A stretch of 64,000 nucleotides of DNA from Minisyncoccota bacterium (GCA_041666545.1 JBAYGS010000002.1:6065-70064); one strand, 5' to 3'; counted from the stretch's first letter, positions 26,817-36,924 are shown. Numbers and translations: made by a program. The notes: generated by a model not told the origin, from the letters alone.

Positions 26817-27464
26817 ATGAAGTTGTTTGAATTCCGAGGTAAGTTACCAGCTCGTGCCGGCAAAGCCGAGTTGAGATTCGGAAATCCTACCCACGCTGAT
26901 TTCGTAGCCTTTCGAGACGGGAAAACAATCCGATTGGTCGGAAGAGCTCAAGATGAGTTTTATCCCTTACTCGATGGACGACAATTTATTTATCGGGCCC
27001 CGAACGACGTGGTGTTTTTCGGGGGCACAGATGAAGAACCTTTTTTGGTTCAGTTGAGTCGTCGGCCGATGGATGTTTTTATTGAGGACGGCGAGGAAGC
27101 CTTTTTTGAAAGTCTGTTCCCGGATCAAGCCCGCTTGGCGGAAAAACTTTTCGGGACAAAAACCGTTCGTCAGGGAGATATCTTTGCAACCCCGGTCGGT
27201 ATTCCGTGGGAGGAATTGGAAAGGTACGAGAAGCTTTTTTCCGGCAGAGAAATTCCAGTCGCGTCAGGGAAGTCTCTGTCCCCGGTCTTGAGTACACGGC
27301 ATAGGTTGAAAGGGAGGATTCACCTTACCAAAGTTTTCGGTATCTCTGACGGCCAAGTGGGGGAAGGTCTTCTCAGTGCCCCCGATCACGAATCCAAAGA
27401 GTTAAAGGGTGTTCACACCCTTCATCAGACTAGTTACCTCTTTTCTCCTCTTCAAGCTGATTGA
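26817..27464 (+). CDS. Hypothetical protein (RQGD...H...PDH motifs)
   Basis: GAAAGG SD, 215 aa; possible metal-binding His residues. Confidence 0.6.
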   Translation: MKLFEFRGKLPARAGKAELRFGNPTHADFVAFRDGKTIRLVGRAQDEFYPLLDGRQFIYRAPNDVVFFGGTDEEPFLVQLSRRPMDVFIEDGEEAFFESLFPDQARLAEKLFGTKTVRQGDIFATPVGIPWEELERYEKLFSGREIPVASGKSLSPVLSTRHRLKGRIHLTKVFGISDGQVGEGLLSAPDHESKELKGVHTLHQTSYLFSPLQAD

Positions 27465-27596
27465 GTTTTGGACCCAACGCATTAGATGCGCTGGGTCTCT
27501 TATTTTTATGCTATAATTTTCCTATCAGTCGCTAATTTTTGCATTTTCTCAGCTCCCTATACCATATACTATATACTTAATACCATATACTTCCCC

Positions 27597-28277
27597 ATGA
27601 TTTACTTCGACAAAGTTTCAAAAATTTATCCAGACGAGTCGATTGCCCTTTCCGAGGTTTCTTTTTCGGTCGAGCCGAAGGAATTTGTCTCAATTGTTGG
27701 CCATTCCGGTGCCGGCAAAACTACTTTGCTCAAGATGCTTTTGGCTGAAGATCGGCCGACCGAGGGTTCCGTTTTTTTTGAATCAACGAACATTCACAAT
27801 CTCCGCAAGGCCGATATGAACACCTACCGTCGGAGAGTTGGGGCGGTTTTTCAAGATTTTCGCCTCTTACCTCACAAAACTGCTTATGAAAATGTGGCAT
27901 TCGCTATGGAAGCGGCCGGCAAGACCGATGAAGAAATCGAGTCCGATGTTCCGCATGTTCTGGAGCTCGTTGATCTTGGTCCTAAGATGTGGAATTTCCC
28001 TCACCAGCTCTCCGGTGGCGAGAAGCAACGAGTGGCGATTGCGCGGGCGATTGTAAACCAGCCGGATATTATTATCGCCGATGAACCGACCGGAAATCTT
28101 GATCCGGTCAACACCTTTGAGATTGTCCAAATCTTAAAAAAAATCAATGACCTGGGGACAACCGTGCTTTTGACTACTCACAATAAAGGCGTTATTGATT
28201 CTCTAGGGCACCGCGTGATTACCATGGAGCGTGGTAAAATTATCCGTGACGATAAAAAGGGAAAGTACGCCCTCTAG
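27597..28277 (+). CDS. ftsE: Cell division ABC ATPase FtsE
   Basis: [40 protein letters not shown]; upstream of ftsX. Confidence 0.93.
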   Translation: MIYFDKVSKIYPDESIALSEVSFSVEPKEFVSIVGHSGAGKTTLLKMLLAEDRPTEGSVFFESTNIHNLRKADMNTYRRRVGAVFQDFRLLPHKTAYENVAFAMEAAGKTDEEIESDVPHVLELVDLGPKMWNFPHQLSGGEKQRVAIARAIVNQPDIIIADEPTGNLDPVNTFEIVQILKKINDLGTTVLLTTHNKGVIDSLGHRVITMERGKIIRDDKKGKYAL

Positions 28278-28321
28278 TCTTAAACTACTCACTACCCACT
28301 ACTAACTACTCACTAATTAAA

Positions 28322-29248
28322 ATGCTCTGGATCAACCTCAAAAGAATAGTCAAAACCGGTTTCGTTAATTTTTGGCGCAACGGCTTCATCTCGCTCTCGA
28401 CCGTTCTGGTTATGACTGTCACTTTGTTTGTAATCGGTTCAGTTATTTTTTTGAGCGTTATTTTGCGGTCTTCACTTACCGAACTGAAACAGAAAGTTGA
28501 TGTTAATGTTTATTTTGTCACTTCCGCGCCCGAGGACGGTATTCTGACCATCAAGAAGTCGCTCGAGGCTCTGCCGGAGGTTTTGGGCGTGGAGTATGTT
28601 TCCAAAGACCGGGCGCTCGAAAATTTCAAGAAGCGCCACGAGAATGACACCTTAACCCTACAGGCGATTGCCGAACTTGGCGATAACCCTCTCGGCGCCG
28701 TGTTAAATGTTAAGGCCAAAGAGACTTCCCAGTATGAGGGTATTGCCAAGTTTTTGGAAAGCAAGACCGTTCTCTCGAAAGACGGTGCCTCGATTATTGA
28801 TAAGGTTAACTACTACCAAAACAAGATTGCCATCGACAAGTTGACCCAGATTATCGATTCGGCCGAAAGATTGGGTGTTGCCGTCACGGTTATTTTAGCG
28901 ATTCTATCAATTTTAATCACTTTCAATACCATCAGGCTCATCATTTATATTTCCCGAGAGGAAATTTCTGTGATGAAGTTGGTGGGGGCGAGCAACAAAT
29001 ATATTCGCGGGCCGTTTATGATTAGTGGCATTATGTACGGACTGTTTTCCGGAATAGTCACTCTCGTAATCTTTTATCCGCTAACCTATTCGCTCGGTAA
29101 AGTGAGTGCGAATTTTTTTGCTGGCATCAATATCTTCAACTACTACATCAGTAATTTCTGGCAAGTCAGCCTGATTATCTTGGGGGTCGGGGTTGTCCTT
29201 GGCGCAATCTCAAGCGTTCTCGCGGTATCGAAATACCTGAAGGTCTAG
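28322..29248 (+). CDS. ftsX: Cell division permease FtsX
   Basis: YVSKDRAL, NPL, NTIRL...REEI..MKLVGA...IRGPF. Confidence 0.93.
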   Translation: MLWINLKRIVKTGFVNFWRNGFISLSTVLVMTVTLFVIGSVIFLSVILRSSLTELKQKVDVNVYFVTSAPEDGILTIKKSLEALPEVLGVEYVSKDRALENFKKRHENDTLTLQAIAELGDNPLGAVLNVKAKETSQYEGIAKFLESKTVLSKDGASIIDKVNYYQNKIAIDKLTQIIDSAERLGVAVTVILAILSILITFNTIRLIIYISREEISVMKLVGASNKYIRGPFMISGIMYGLFSGIVTLVIFYPLTYSLGKVSANFFAGINIFNYYISNFWQVSLIILGVGVVLGAISSVLAVSKYLKV

Positions 29249-29299
29249 AGAGGTATATGGTATCAGGTATATGGTATATGGTATGGACCAAAGATAAAG

Positions 29300-29668
29300 A
29301 TGGAAAAGATACAAAGATTTAAGGATTTAGTTGCCTGGCAGGAAGCCCATAAGCTAGTACTCAAGGTATATCAGCTTACCAAGTTATTTCCAAAGGATGA
29401 AATGTTCGGGCTGACCAGTCAGTTAAGAAGGGCCGTGGTTTCTGTGTCTTCGAACATTGCCGAAGGTTTTACAAGAAATTCAAAAAAAGATAAATCTCAC
29501 TTTTACTCAACGGCCAAAGGCTCGGTGTCGGAAGTTGAGAGTCAACTACTGATTGCGAAAGATTTAGGATACATTTCCCTGAACGATTTTGAGAATTGTG
29601 AGGTGCAGTTGTCTAGAGTAGACAGACTGGCTTCTGGGCTGATAAAATCAGCCCAAGATTGGAAGTGA
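29300..29668 (+). CDS. Four helix bundle protein (23S rRNA IVS-protein family)
   Basis: FKDLVAWQEA, FPKDEMFGLTSQLRRA..S...NIAEG, AKGS..E. Confidence 0.92.
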   Translation: MEKIQRFKDLVAWQEAHKLVLKVYQLTKLFPKDEMFGLTSQLRRAVVSVSSNIAEGFTRNSKKDKSHFYSTAKGSVSEVESQLLIAKDLGYISLNDFENCEVQLSRVDRLASGLIKSAQDWK

Positions 29669-29711
29669 CATTTCTTCATACTTATACATATACTTTATAC
29701 TTATACTTTTT

Positions 29712-31355
29712 ATGTCTCATAAAAAAACCCATAAGTTCATGTTCGTAGTGGGCGGGGTGATGTCTGGAGTCGGGAAGGGTGTCACGACGGCTTCAATCGG
29801 CACGATTTTGCAGTCCAAAGGTTTTAAAGTCAGTTTAATTAAAGCCGATCCGTATCTCAATGTGGATGCCGGCACGATGAATCCGACTGAACACGGGGAA
29901 GTTTTCGTCTTGGATTCGGGCCTTGAGACTGACCAGGATATGGGCAATTATGAGCGGTTCTTGGGTCAAAGTATGCCGGCCGACAACTATATGACGAACG
30001 GCATGGTTTTCAAATATGTAATCGATAAGGAGCGGGCGCTAGGCTATAAAGGTAAGTGTGTCGAGCCGGTCTATCATATTACCGAAGAAATCTTGCGCCG
30101 GATTAAGACCTCGGTCCACAAAACTGACGCTGATATCACAGTGGTTGAAATCGGGGGCACGGTTGGCGAATATCAGAATGCGATTTTCTTGGAGGCCGCT
30201 CGAATTCTCAAACTGCGTCATCCCAAAGATGTGATGTTTGTTTTGGTAAGTTATTTGCCGGTGCCGAACAATATTGGCGAGATGAAAACTAAACCGACTC
30301 AAAATGCGGTTCGTCAGCTCAATTCTTATGGCATCAACGCCGACATGATTATTGCGAGAAGCGAAGTGCCGCTCGATAAAAAGCGCAAAGAAAAAATTGC
30401 ACTTTCGACCGGTGTGCCGATGGACAACGTGATTTCGGCTCCCGATATTGAGAGCATTTACGATGTGCCTATAAATTTTGAGAAGGACGGTCTTGGCAAT
30501 CGAGTTTTGGACATTTTTGACTTGAAGCCGAAGCACAAGGACCTGGTTGAGTGGCGACGAATGGTCTCAAAAATAAAAGGTGCTAAAGAGAAAGTTAAGA
30601 TTGCCATTGTTGGAAAGTATTTTGATACCGGCGATTTCGTTCTTTCCGATGCCTATATCTCGGTCATCGAGGCGATTAAGTTTTCGGCCGGAAAAGTTGG
30701 GGTGAAAGCGGAAATTTCTTGGTTGAATGCTAAAAATTTTGAAGGCAAAAAATCCGATGCCTCTGAACTGAAGAAATATCAAGGCATCATTGTACCGGGT
30801 GGTTTTGGTGAGTCCGGTATTGAAGGCAAACTTAAGGCTATCCAATTTGCCAGGGAACACCAAATTCCTTACTTCGGTCTTTGCTATGGCATGCAACTTG
30901 CGGTGGTTGAATACGCGCGAAATGTCTTGGGCTTGGTCGATGCCAATACTACTGAAATTAATCCAAAAACTGCCAATCCGGTAATCGACATTATGCCTGA
31001 TCAAAAGCAAAAGTTGGCGGAAGGTAATTATGGCGGCTCCATGCGCTTGGGTCTTTATCCGGCTACGATTAAAAAGGGGACAGTCGCCTATGAAGCTTAT
31101 GGCGCGACCACAATCAAAGAGCGCCACCGCCATCGTTTTGAAGTTAATTTTGAATATGTTGAAGCGCTAGAGAAAGCCGGTTTGGTTTTCTCCGGTGTCT
31201 CGCCAAGCGGCAAGCTGATGGAAATTGCCGAGTTGCCGAGATCCAAACACCCATTCTTTTTGGGGACTCAATTCCATCCTGAGTTTTTAGCCCAGCCTCT
31301 AAAACCTCATCCGCTTTTCACTGAATTTATTAAGGCTGCTAAGAACAAAAGATAG
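29712..31355 (+). CDS. pyrG: CTP synthase
   Basis: GGVMSGVGKG, DPYLNVDAGTMNP.EHGE, KTKPTQ, GLCYGMQ, QFHPE. Confidence 0.97.
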   Translation: MSHKKTHKFMFVVGGVMSGVGKGVTTASIGTILQSKGFKVSLIKADPYLNVDAGTMNPTEHGEVFVLDSGLETDQDMGNYERFLGQSMPADNYMTNGMVFKYVIDKERALGYKGKCVEPVYHITEEILRRIKTSVHKTDADITVVEIGGTVGEYQNAIFLEAARILKLRHPKDVMFVLVSYLPVPNNIGEMKTKPTQNAVRQLNSYGINADMIIARSEVPLDKKRKEKIALSTGVPMDNVISAPDIESIYDVPINFEKDGLGNRVLDIFDLKPKHKDLVEWRRMVSKIKGAKEKVKIAIVGKYFDTGDFVLSDAYISVIEAIKFSAGKVGVKAEISWLNAKNFEGKKSDASELKKYQGIIVPGGFGESGIEGKLKAIQFAREHQIPYFGLCYGMQLAVVEYARNVLGLVDANTTEINPKTANPVIDIMPDQKQKLAEGNYGGSMRLGLYPATIKKGTVAYEAYGATTIKERHRHRFEVNFEYVEALEKAGLVFSGVSPSGKLMEIAELPRSKHPFFLGTQFHPEFLAQPLKPHPLFTEFIKAAKNKR

Positions 31356-31399
31356 ATTCAAGAATCTGGATTTAGGATTCAAGAATTAAATCATAAATT

Positions 31400-31840
31400 A
31401 TGAACAACAAACCTGTAGCCTTTAGGTTGGTTCTCATGTTCTCGGTTGCCGGACTTCTTTTTGCCGGTTATTTAAGCGGAGTTAAATTATTTACCAGTAC
31501 CTGTGCCTTTAACGAAACTTGCCCTTATTTTCTAGGCTATCCGGCTTGTTGGTATGGCTTTGCCATGTATTCGGCCATGACTATTTTGGCCGTTTTGGTT
31601 TGGACCGGAAAAATGAATGTGGCTAAAGGACTTAATTCCATTCTCGGAGTTTCAATCTTGGGAATTATTTTTGCCGGTTATTTTAGTTTGATTGAAATGC
31701 CTCGACTTCTTAGCGGCGGTTTTACCGCTTATGTTTTAGGCTTGCCGACTTGCGTACTCGGTCTAATTTTTTACATTTTGATTTTAATCTGCGTCTTAAT
31801 CACCAAAAAGAAAGTCACCGATTTGACAATAGGTAATTAG
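31400..31840 (+). CDS. VKOR/DsbB-like membrane thiol-redox protein (tentative)
   Basis: Four TMs; loop C-x5-C and FLGYP, LGLPTC. Confidence 0.55.
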   Translation: MNNKPVAFRLVLMFSVAGLLFAGYLSGVKLFTSTCAFNETCPYFLGYPACWYGFAMYSAMTILAVLVWTGKMNVAKGLNSILGVSILGIIFAGYFSLIEMPRLLSGGFTAYVLGLPTCVLGLIFYILILICVLITKKKVTDLTIGN

Positions 31841-31860
31841 ACTATGAGCATGACCCAAAG

Positions 31861-33105
31861 ATGAGTAAAATTTTCTTTAGATTTCTGCCGTTCTGGGCTT
31901 TCCTGGTTTTCTTTAAGTTTGGCGGCGGCCTTCATTATTCACTTGTCTCTCCTCTTGGTGAAAAATTGTTTCCTTTGTGGTTAGTCGGTTTGCTTATGGG
32001 TGGTGGTTCGATCGTGCAGCTTCTTTTGGATGTTCCCGCTGGACACATTTTGGATCGCTACGGTTACCGCCGTCTTTTAAAATTGACAACTTTCGTCTTT
32101 TTGTTCGCGGCGTTGTGTTTTACATTTGGCCTGACTAAGACAACCTATCTTTTGAGTCTGGTAATCAGCACGTTTGGCTGGCTTTTTTTCGGTCCTGGCG
32201 TCAATGCCTATATTTTGTCACACGCGCCTAAGGAAAGTGCCGGCCGGTTCATATCACTTCGGGACGTGTTTGGTTCGGTCGGTATTGTTTTGGCGAGCGC
32301 GGCGCTACCTTTAGTACTTTTAATTTCTTCAAAAGGGATGGGTTACTTATTATTTTTCCTTTTGTTTGTGTCGCTGATTATGCTTTTCTTCAGTCCGAAG
32401 GATACGGTTTCAGTGCATTCGGAGATCAAAATCCCGACCCATCATCACTATATTCGTCGCCACTCCTTAGTTACATCTTTAAAAGCAATAAGCCGGCTTA
32501 ATCCAGCGAGTGGTCTGTTACTCCTGCTTAATCTGACAGGCTCGATATTTTACGGGGCTATTTGGTTTACGGTGCCTTTGGTTATGGCTGGCCAAGCAGA
32601 TAACGGGTTGCTCGGTATCGGTCTCGGCATGTTTGATTTTTCTATTGTTTTGCTCGGATTTCTGCTTGGTAATTTGGCCGATAAGGCAAACCGCCGTTCG
32701 TTGGTTTTCTTCGGGCTTATGATTTTTTCAATTGCAGCCATGTTTCTTGGTTTTAATTTTGGGTGGCTCTTTCTGCTCTTCGGTTTCTTGGCTACCGCTG
32801 GCGATGAAATGGCCGGTATCTCGCTCTGGTCATGGTTGCATTCCCTCGATAGAAACCATGATAACGACGGTGCGATTTCCGGTGTAATTAATTTGTTTAA
32901 CGATTTCGGCTGGGCAATTGGCCCGATCATGGCAGGCTTCCTGTATAGTTCGATTGGGGCGACCTGGACCTTGGCTCTGAGTGCGATTCCGATTTTCATT
33001 CTCTGGATTATTTATCAGCTTTTAATTCATAAGCATAAAGTTTATTCTCAGGTTACAGCCTCGGGTGTTCCTGTAAAGCCACATCGCGCGAGACACAGGG
33101 GATAG
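31861..33105 (+). CDS. MFS transporter
   Basis: About 12 TMs; GHILDRYGYRR and GNLADKANRR motif A. Confidence 0.9.
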   Translation: MSKIFFRFLPFWAFLVFFKFGGGLHYSLVSPLGEKLFPLWLVGLLMGGGSIVQLLLDVPAGHILDRYGYRRLLKLTTFVFLFAALCFTFGLTKTTYLLSLVISTFGWLFFGPGVNAYILSHAPKESAGRFISLRDVFGSVGIVLASAALPLVLLISSKGMGYLLFFLLFVSLIMLFFSPKDTVSVHSEIKIPTHHHYIRRHSLVTSLKAISRLNPASGLLLLLNLTGSIFYGAIWFTVPLVMAGQADNGLLGIGLGMFDFSIVLLGFLLGNLADKANRRSLVFFGLMIFSIAAMFLGFNFGWLFLLFGFLATAGDEMAGISLWSWLHSLDRNHDNDGAISGVINLFNDFGWAIGPIMAGFLYSSIGATWTLALSAIPIFILWIIYQLLIHKHKVYSQVTASGVPVKPHRARHRG

Positions 33106-33156
33106 TGGGCAGTTGACGTTATAATTAGTTTGGTTTTAATAAAATAATCAAAAATT

Positions 33157-34032
33157 ATGGATGTTTCAGTAGGAATCGGCTTGGCTTTTGTGGCGATGCT
33201 TTGTTGGGGGTTTGGTGACTTTCTGATTCAAAAATCTACTCGGAAAGTCGGGGACTGGGAAACTCTCTTTGTGATTTGCGGTTTCGGCGCATTAATTTTG
33301 CTGCCATTTGTTTGGCGCGATTTGCCGGCGATTTTATCCGGTGACGGGAGGTCACTCCTGATTTTGCTTGGTACGGGCATAATTCTGTTCATCGCGGCGT
33401 TGTTCGATTTTGAAGCGTTGAAAAAGGGTAAATTGGCGGTAGTTGAGCCAATCTGGTCACTTGAGGTGCCGGCGGCCGCAATCTTAGCATTCCTGATTTT
33501 GGACGAGAGTATCACTTTAACTCAAGGCTTTCTGATTGCAGCATTAATTATCGGTCTGATCTTGGTCTCAATTCACACCGAGCATTCGCTTAAGAAATTC
33601 CTACTTGAGAAAGGAGTTCTAATCGCATTTTTTGCGGCATTTATAATGGGTGCAGCTAACTTTTTCTATGGCTGGGGCGCTCGGGTCTCCGATCCTCTGA
33701 TGATTAATTTTTTCGTGAATGTCTTTGTGACAGTTGCGACAACAATCTATCTGGTAGCCACCAAGAAGTTTGGCAAGACTCTTAAAGATGCAATTTCCTA
33801 TCGAAGTGTGCTTTTGCCAATGTCGATTTTTGATAATGCGGCATGGATTGCTTTTGCTTTTGCAATGAGTCTTGCGCCGATTGCGATCGCCACTGCACTT
33901 TCTGAGAGTTATATTTTAGTTGCCGTGATTTTGGGCTTGGCAGTAAACAGGGAGCGTATTGATTTGCATCAAAAATTTGGCTTAGTGATTGCTTTGATTT
34001 CTGCGATTATTCTCGCCGTCGTGACCGTTTAA
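33157..34032 (+). CDS. DMT/EamA family transporter
   Basis: About 10 TMs in two repeats; LCWG, ILDE, NRE motifs. Confidence 0.85.
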   Translation: MDVSVGIGLAFVAMLCWGFGDFLIQKSTRKVGDWETLFVICGFGALILLPFVWRDLPAILSGDGRSLLILLGTGIILFIAALFDFEALKKGKLAVVEPIWSLEVPAAAILAFLILDESITLTQGFLIAALIIGLILVSIHTEHSLKKFLLEKGVLIAFFAAFIMGAANFFYGWGARVSDPLMINFFVNVFVTVATTIYLVATKKFGKTLKDAISYRSVLLPMSIFDNAAWIAFAFAMSLAPIAIATALSESYILVAVILGLAVNRERIDLHQKFGLVIALISAIILAVVTV

Positions 34033-34047
34033 AAAAACCGCCCCTAA

Positions 34048-34899
34048 TTATGGGGCGGTTTGCTTGCTGGCTTTCGCCATTCTTTTTTCGACGATTCGGT
34101 CGAGCCAAAGGACGATTGGGCGCGGCCGCGGCGGCCGCGCTTCAAACACCGCTTCGGTGGTCTCCTTCCGATGAGTGAAGACCTCGCTCCAAGGCGCGTA
34201 AGTGCCCAATATCAAGTCGGCAAGCGGGATTCCACAGAGGAAACCACTGATGCCTTCGTTGGCCTTGATATCGGCATGGTGGCGCAAATGGAAGACATAA
34301 AATTTCTGCCAGAGTGAGCCGAACAATCGGTGCTCGATTTTCTTCTGCCAGAATTTCTCGTATGAGAGGTGCTCAGTGGCGTGGACGATTTCGTAGAAGA
34401 TAATCGACCAAGTGATTGCCACCCAAACCATCAAGATTACCGGCGAGGTGGGGAAGGCAATTTGGAGCGGGATTATAAACGGCAAGGAGAAGAGGAAGAA
34501 GCCCGAGAGTGTGTACCAAGGAAAGTACGATGCTTCGTGCTGGCGTTCCTCGAGAATCGGGTAGCGGTTGAATACCCATCTTTTGCCGTCTGGCGAGTTG
34601 ACCAATCGCACCGTAGTTAGGGCGTGGTGCAGAGTGTGCTGTTTACAAAGTCGCTTCAGGAATCCAATCGGGGCGGCGTGAAGAATGTACCGGTGGAAGA
34701 ACCACTCGGCAAAACAACAGGTCACTTGTCCAAGAATGAAAATTCCCAAATACGAAATCCGACTTGCGCTGAGTTGGTTTTGCCAAGTAGTCGGGCAGGT
34801 GAGACTGAAGGCTGTTAGGAACAGGGTCAGGGTCGTGCCGACCACGATGGCAAAGCGCCAAACTGAAAATGGTCTTTCGGGTGGAATATTTTTTTCCAT
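34048..34899 (-). CDS. Fatty acid hydroxylase/sterol desaturase superfamily membrane di-iron protein
   Basis: His boxes HRYILH, HTLHH, EIVH, HLRHH; TM segments. Confidence 0.75.
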   Translation of the reverse strand: MEKNIPPERPFSVWRFAIVVGTTLTLFLTAFSLTCPTTWQNQLSASRISYLGIFILGQVTCCFAEWFFHRYILHAAPIGFLKRLCKQHTLHHALTTVRLVNSPDGKRWVFNRYPILEERQHEASYFPWYTLSGFFLFSLPFIIPLQIAFPTSPVILMVWVAITWSIIFYEIVHATEHLSYEKFWQKKIEHRLFGSLWQKFYVFHLRHHADIKANEGISGFLCGIPLADLILGTYAPWSEVFTHRKETTEAVFEARPPRPRPIVLWLDRIVEKRMAKASKQTAP

Positions 34900-35028
34900 A
34901 ATAAAGAACTGTTTAAGTTTTTCCCACGGTATTCTATCATGCGAGCGCTTTTAAAGCTTGGCTGAGAAGAAATTAAAAACCGCCCAAGTTTCGACGGTCG
35001 AAACCTGGGCGTGTGCTACCGCACTTGT

Positions 35029-35883
35029 CTAGAAGATATACCGAACACCTTGCTCGACCCAACCGGCGAAGCCAGTGATATCCTGGGTTTCCCAGTTGTC
35101 GGCATAGTGCATCAAGTGCATCTTCGCTTTGACCTCAGGAGGCAAGGTCCGTAGTTCGGCCAAAGGGGCGTGAACTGCGCCGGGGAAGAATTGCACATCA
35201 TGGAACATGACGCTCGAACGGTCAGCGTATTCGTGAATCAGGTCTTCGTCAAAACGGGTGTCCATCGAGATGAACACATGACCGTCAATGAAGAGTCCGA
35301 AGCTCACGAACGAGGCTTGCCAATCGGGTGCCTTGTCAGGAATGTGCTTGGTCCGGAACATCTCAATGTGCATGCCGCCGAAGTTCACTTCGTAAACTTC
35401 GCGCGGTTGCTTCTTGAGCCAACCGGGTCGGATCGGATCAAAGAAGTCGGTGAAGCACAACCGTTTGTGCGAATTCTCTTCTTCCTCGTTCCACTCCATT
35501 CCGCCCCGCAGGCTCCGGTCCCACAAGACTTCTTGATAGGCCTCGGTGATTATCATCTTGAGCTTCGGTCGCTTCTGGAAGGGGATACCGACATAGCGCC
35601 GATTGAGGGCGAGGCACTCGAGACCGCCGATGTGGTCGGCGTGCGAGTGGCTGATGAGGAGGTTGTTAATCTCCCCGTGGTCGAGACGGGCGGTCGTGGC
35701 TAAGGCCAAAGGCCCGGTCATCCCGAAGTCCACCATGAGGTGTTCTTTTCCTTTGATGAGTAGGAGGTTGGTCTGGAAATGCTTTCTGGCAAAGGCCGAG
35801 CCGGTGCCGATGAAAAACACTTCAAGATTACCGTCATTGGTGAGGGACAACTTTTCCGTAGGCGCGAGATATGCGGTTTTCAT
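35029..35883 (-). CDS. MBL-fold metallo-hydrolase (RNase Z/cNMP phosphodiesterase-like)
   Basis: IGTGSAF, SHSHADHIGG, DT, HD, HA, MHY. Confidence 0.88.
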   Translation of the reverse strand: MKTAYLAPTEKLSLTNDGNLEVFFIGTGSAFARKHFQTNLLLIKGKEHLMVDFGMTGPLALATTARLDHGEINNLLISHSHADHIGGLECLALNRRYVGIPFQKRPKLKMIITEAYQEVLWDRSLRGGMEWNEEEENSHKRLCFTDFFDPIRPGWLKKQPREVYEVNFGGMHIEMFRTKHIPDKAPDWQASFVSFGLFIDGHVFISMDTRFDEDLIHEYADRSSVMFHDVQFFPGAVHAPLAELRTLPPEVKAKMHLMHYADNWETQDITGFAGWVEQGVRYIF

Positions 35884-35968
35884 AGAACTATCCTTTCTTT
35901 GTGTGGAGTCGCAGGATTGCGTCTCTGGCTCAAGTGTAGAGGATTGACTGGACTCCAACAATAGGTTT

Positions 35969-35985
35969 TGTCGAAAAGTTCGACA
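35969..35985. promoter_or_regulatory. Candidate operator palindrome between divergent MBL and TrmB genes
   Basis: TGTCGAA-AAG-TTCGACA. Confidence 0.45.
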
Positions 35986-36015
35986 GAAAATTTAGGGTGT
36001 GCTAGACTAGTAAAC

Positions 36016-36798
36016 ATGAAAAAACCAACTGATAAAGAGCTAGTGGAACTCATCAGTAAGCTCGGCTTCTCGCCCAAAGCCGCCAAACTTTATTTAGCTT
36101 CACTCGAATTGGGCGAAGCCACAGTTCAGGACTTGGCCAGACAAGCCAAGGTTGAAAGAACCACTGCCTATTACACGCTTCAAGAGCTCAAAGAAGCCGG
36201 TGCAATCTTTGAGACCAAGCGTAATAAAAAAGTTTTCTTCTTGCCGGAGATGCCACGCAATCTTTTACGGAACACTCGCGAGAAACTTTTGGACTTTGAA
36301 GATGGTCTGGAAGAGTTGGAGGAGAGAAAGCACGCTATTTATCGTAAGCCGAGAATTTATTTTCTCTACGGCGCCAGCGGTTTCAAGCATGTCTGGGATA
36401 TGATTTTTAAATCGGAAGAAAAGGAGTTTCGGATTATCACCGAAGGTTATAGCTTTTTGGATTTCGTCAAGGAGAAGTACATTTTGGATGAAATAATTAA
36501 AAACAAAAAGAAACTGGGCATTAAAAGCCGACAGATTATTACCGACTCGCCTTACGGCCGAGATATTGTGGCCAAAGACACGCAGGAGAATAGGGAATCA
36601 AGGATTTTGCCGAGCCGGATCAAGGTGCCCTTTACCGAGCTCATCGCCGCCGACTTCGTGGCCTTTATCTCACCGCGCTGGGACAATACTCTCTTTGTGA
36701 TCGAAAATGAGAACTTTGCCGAAACCCGCCGCAACCTCTTCGAGGCGCTTTGGGGCACTTTGCCTAATCCGTATAATAAATTTGGCGAGCCAGAGTAA
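36016..36798 (+). CDS. TrmB-family transcriptional regulator
   Basis: LGFSPKAAKLYLASLELG..HTH RTTAYYTL; C-terminal effector domain. Confidence 0.85.
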   Translation: MKKPTDKELVELISKLGFSPKAAKLYLASLELGEATVQDLARQAKVERTTAYYTLQELKEAGAIFETKRNKKVFFLPEMPRNLLRNTREKLLDFEDGLEELEERKHAIYRKPRIYFLYGASGFKHVWDMIFKSEEKEFRIITEGYSFLDFVKEKYILDEIIKNKKKLGIKSRQIITDSPYGRDIVAKDTQENRESRILPSRIKVPFTELIAADFVAFISPRWDNTLFVIENENFAETRRNLFEALWGTLPNPYNKFGEPE

Positions 36799-36808
36799 GG
36801 GTGGGTTG

Positions 36809-36924
36809 ACCCCGTTAGAGATATTTTGCTAAGACTTTACAAATATATCTAACCTATTTTTTGTTTAGGCTCGTGAGCACATTTGAGGCAACGGTCATCT
36901 TGGATGACCTATCTCTAACGGGGT
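36809..36924. mobile_element. MITE-like element, 116 bp
   Basis: Perfect 15-bp terminal inverted repeats ACCCCGTTAGAGATA / TATCTCTAACGGGGT, non-coding interior. Confidence 0.65.

Noticed and set aside
27486-27596. N-terminal extension of FtsE (YTIYYILNTIY)
   Set aside because: Translation of an upstream heptamer array; FtsE similarity starts at ATG 27597
29300-29668. Avd-like gene as part of a diversity-generating retroelement
   Set aside because: No reverse transcriptase and no TR/VR pair with adenine-specific mismatches seen in the window
35170-35947. Long plus-strand ORFs opposite the MBL hydrolase
   Set aside because: Antisense shadows caused by codon bias
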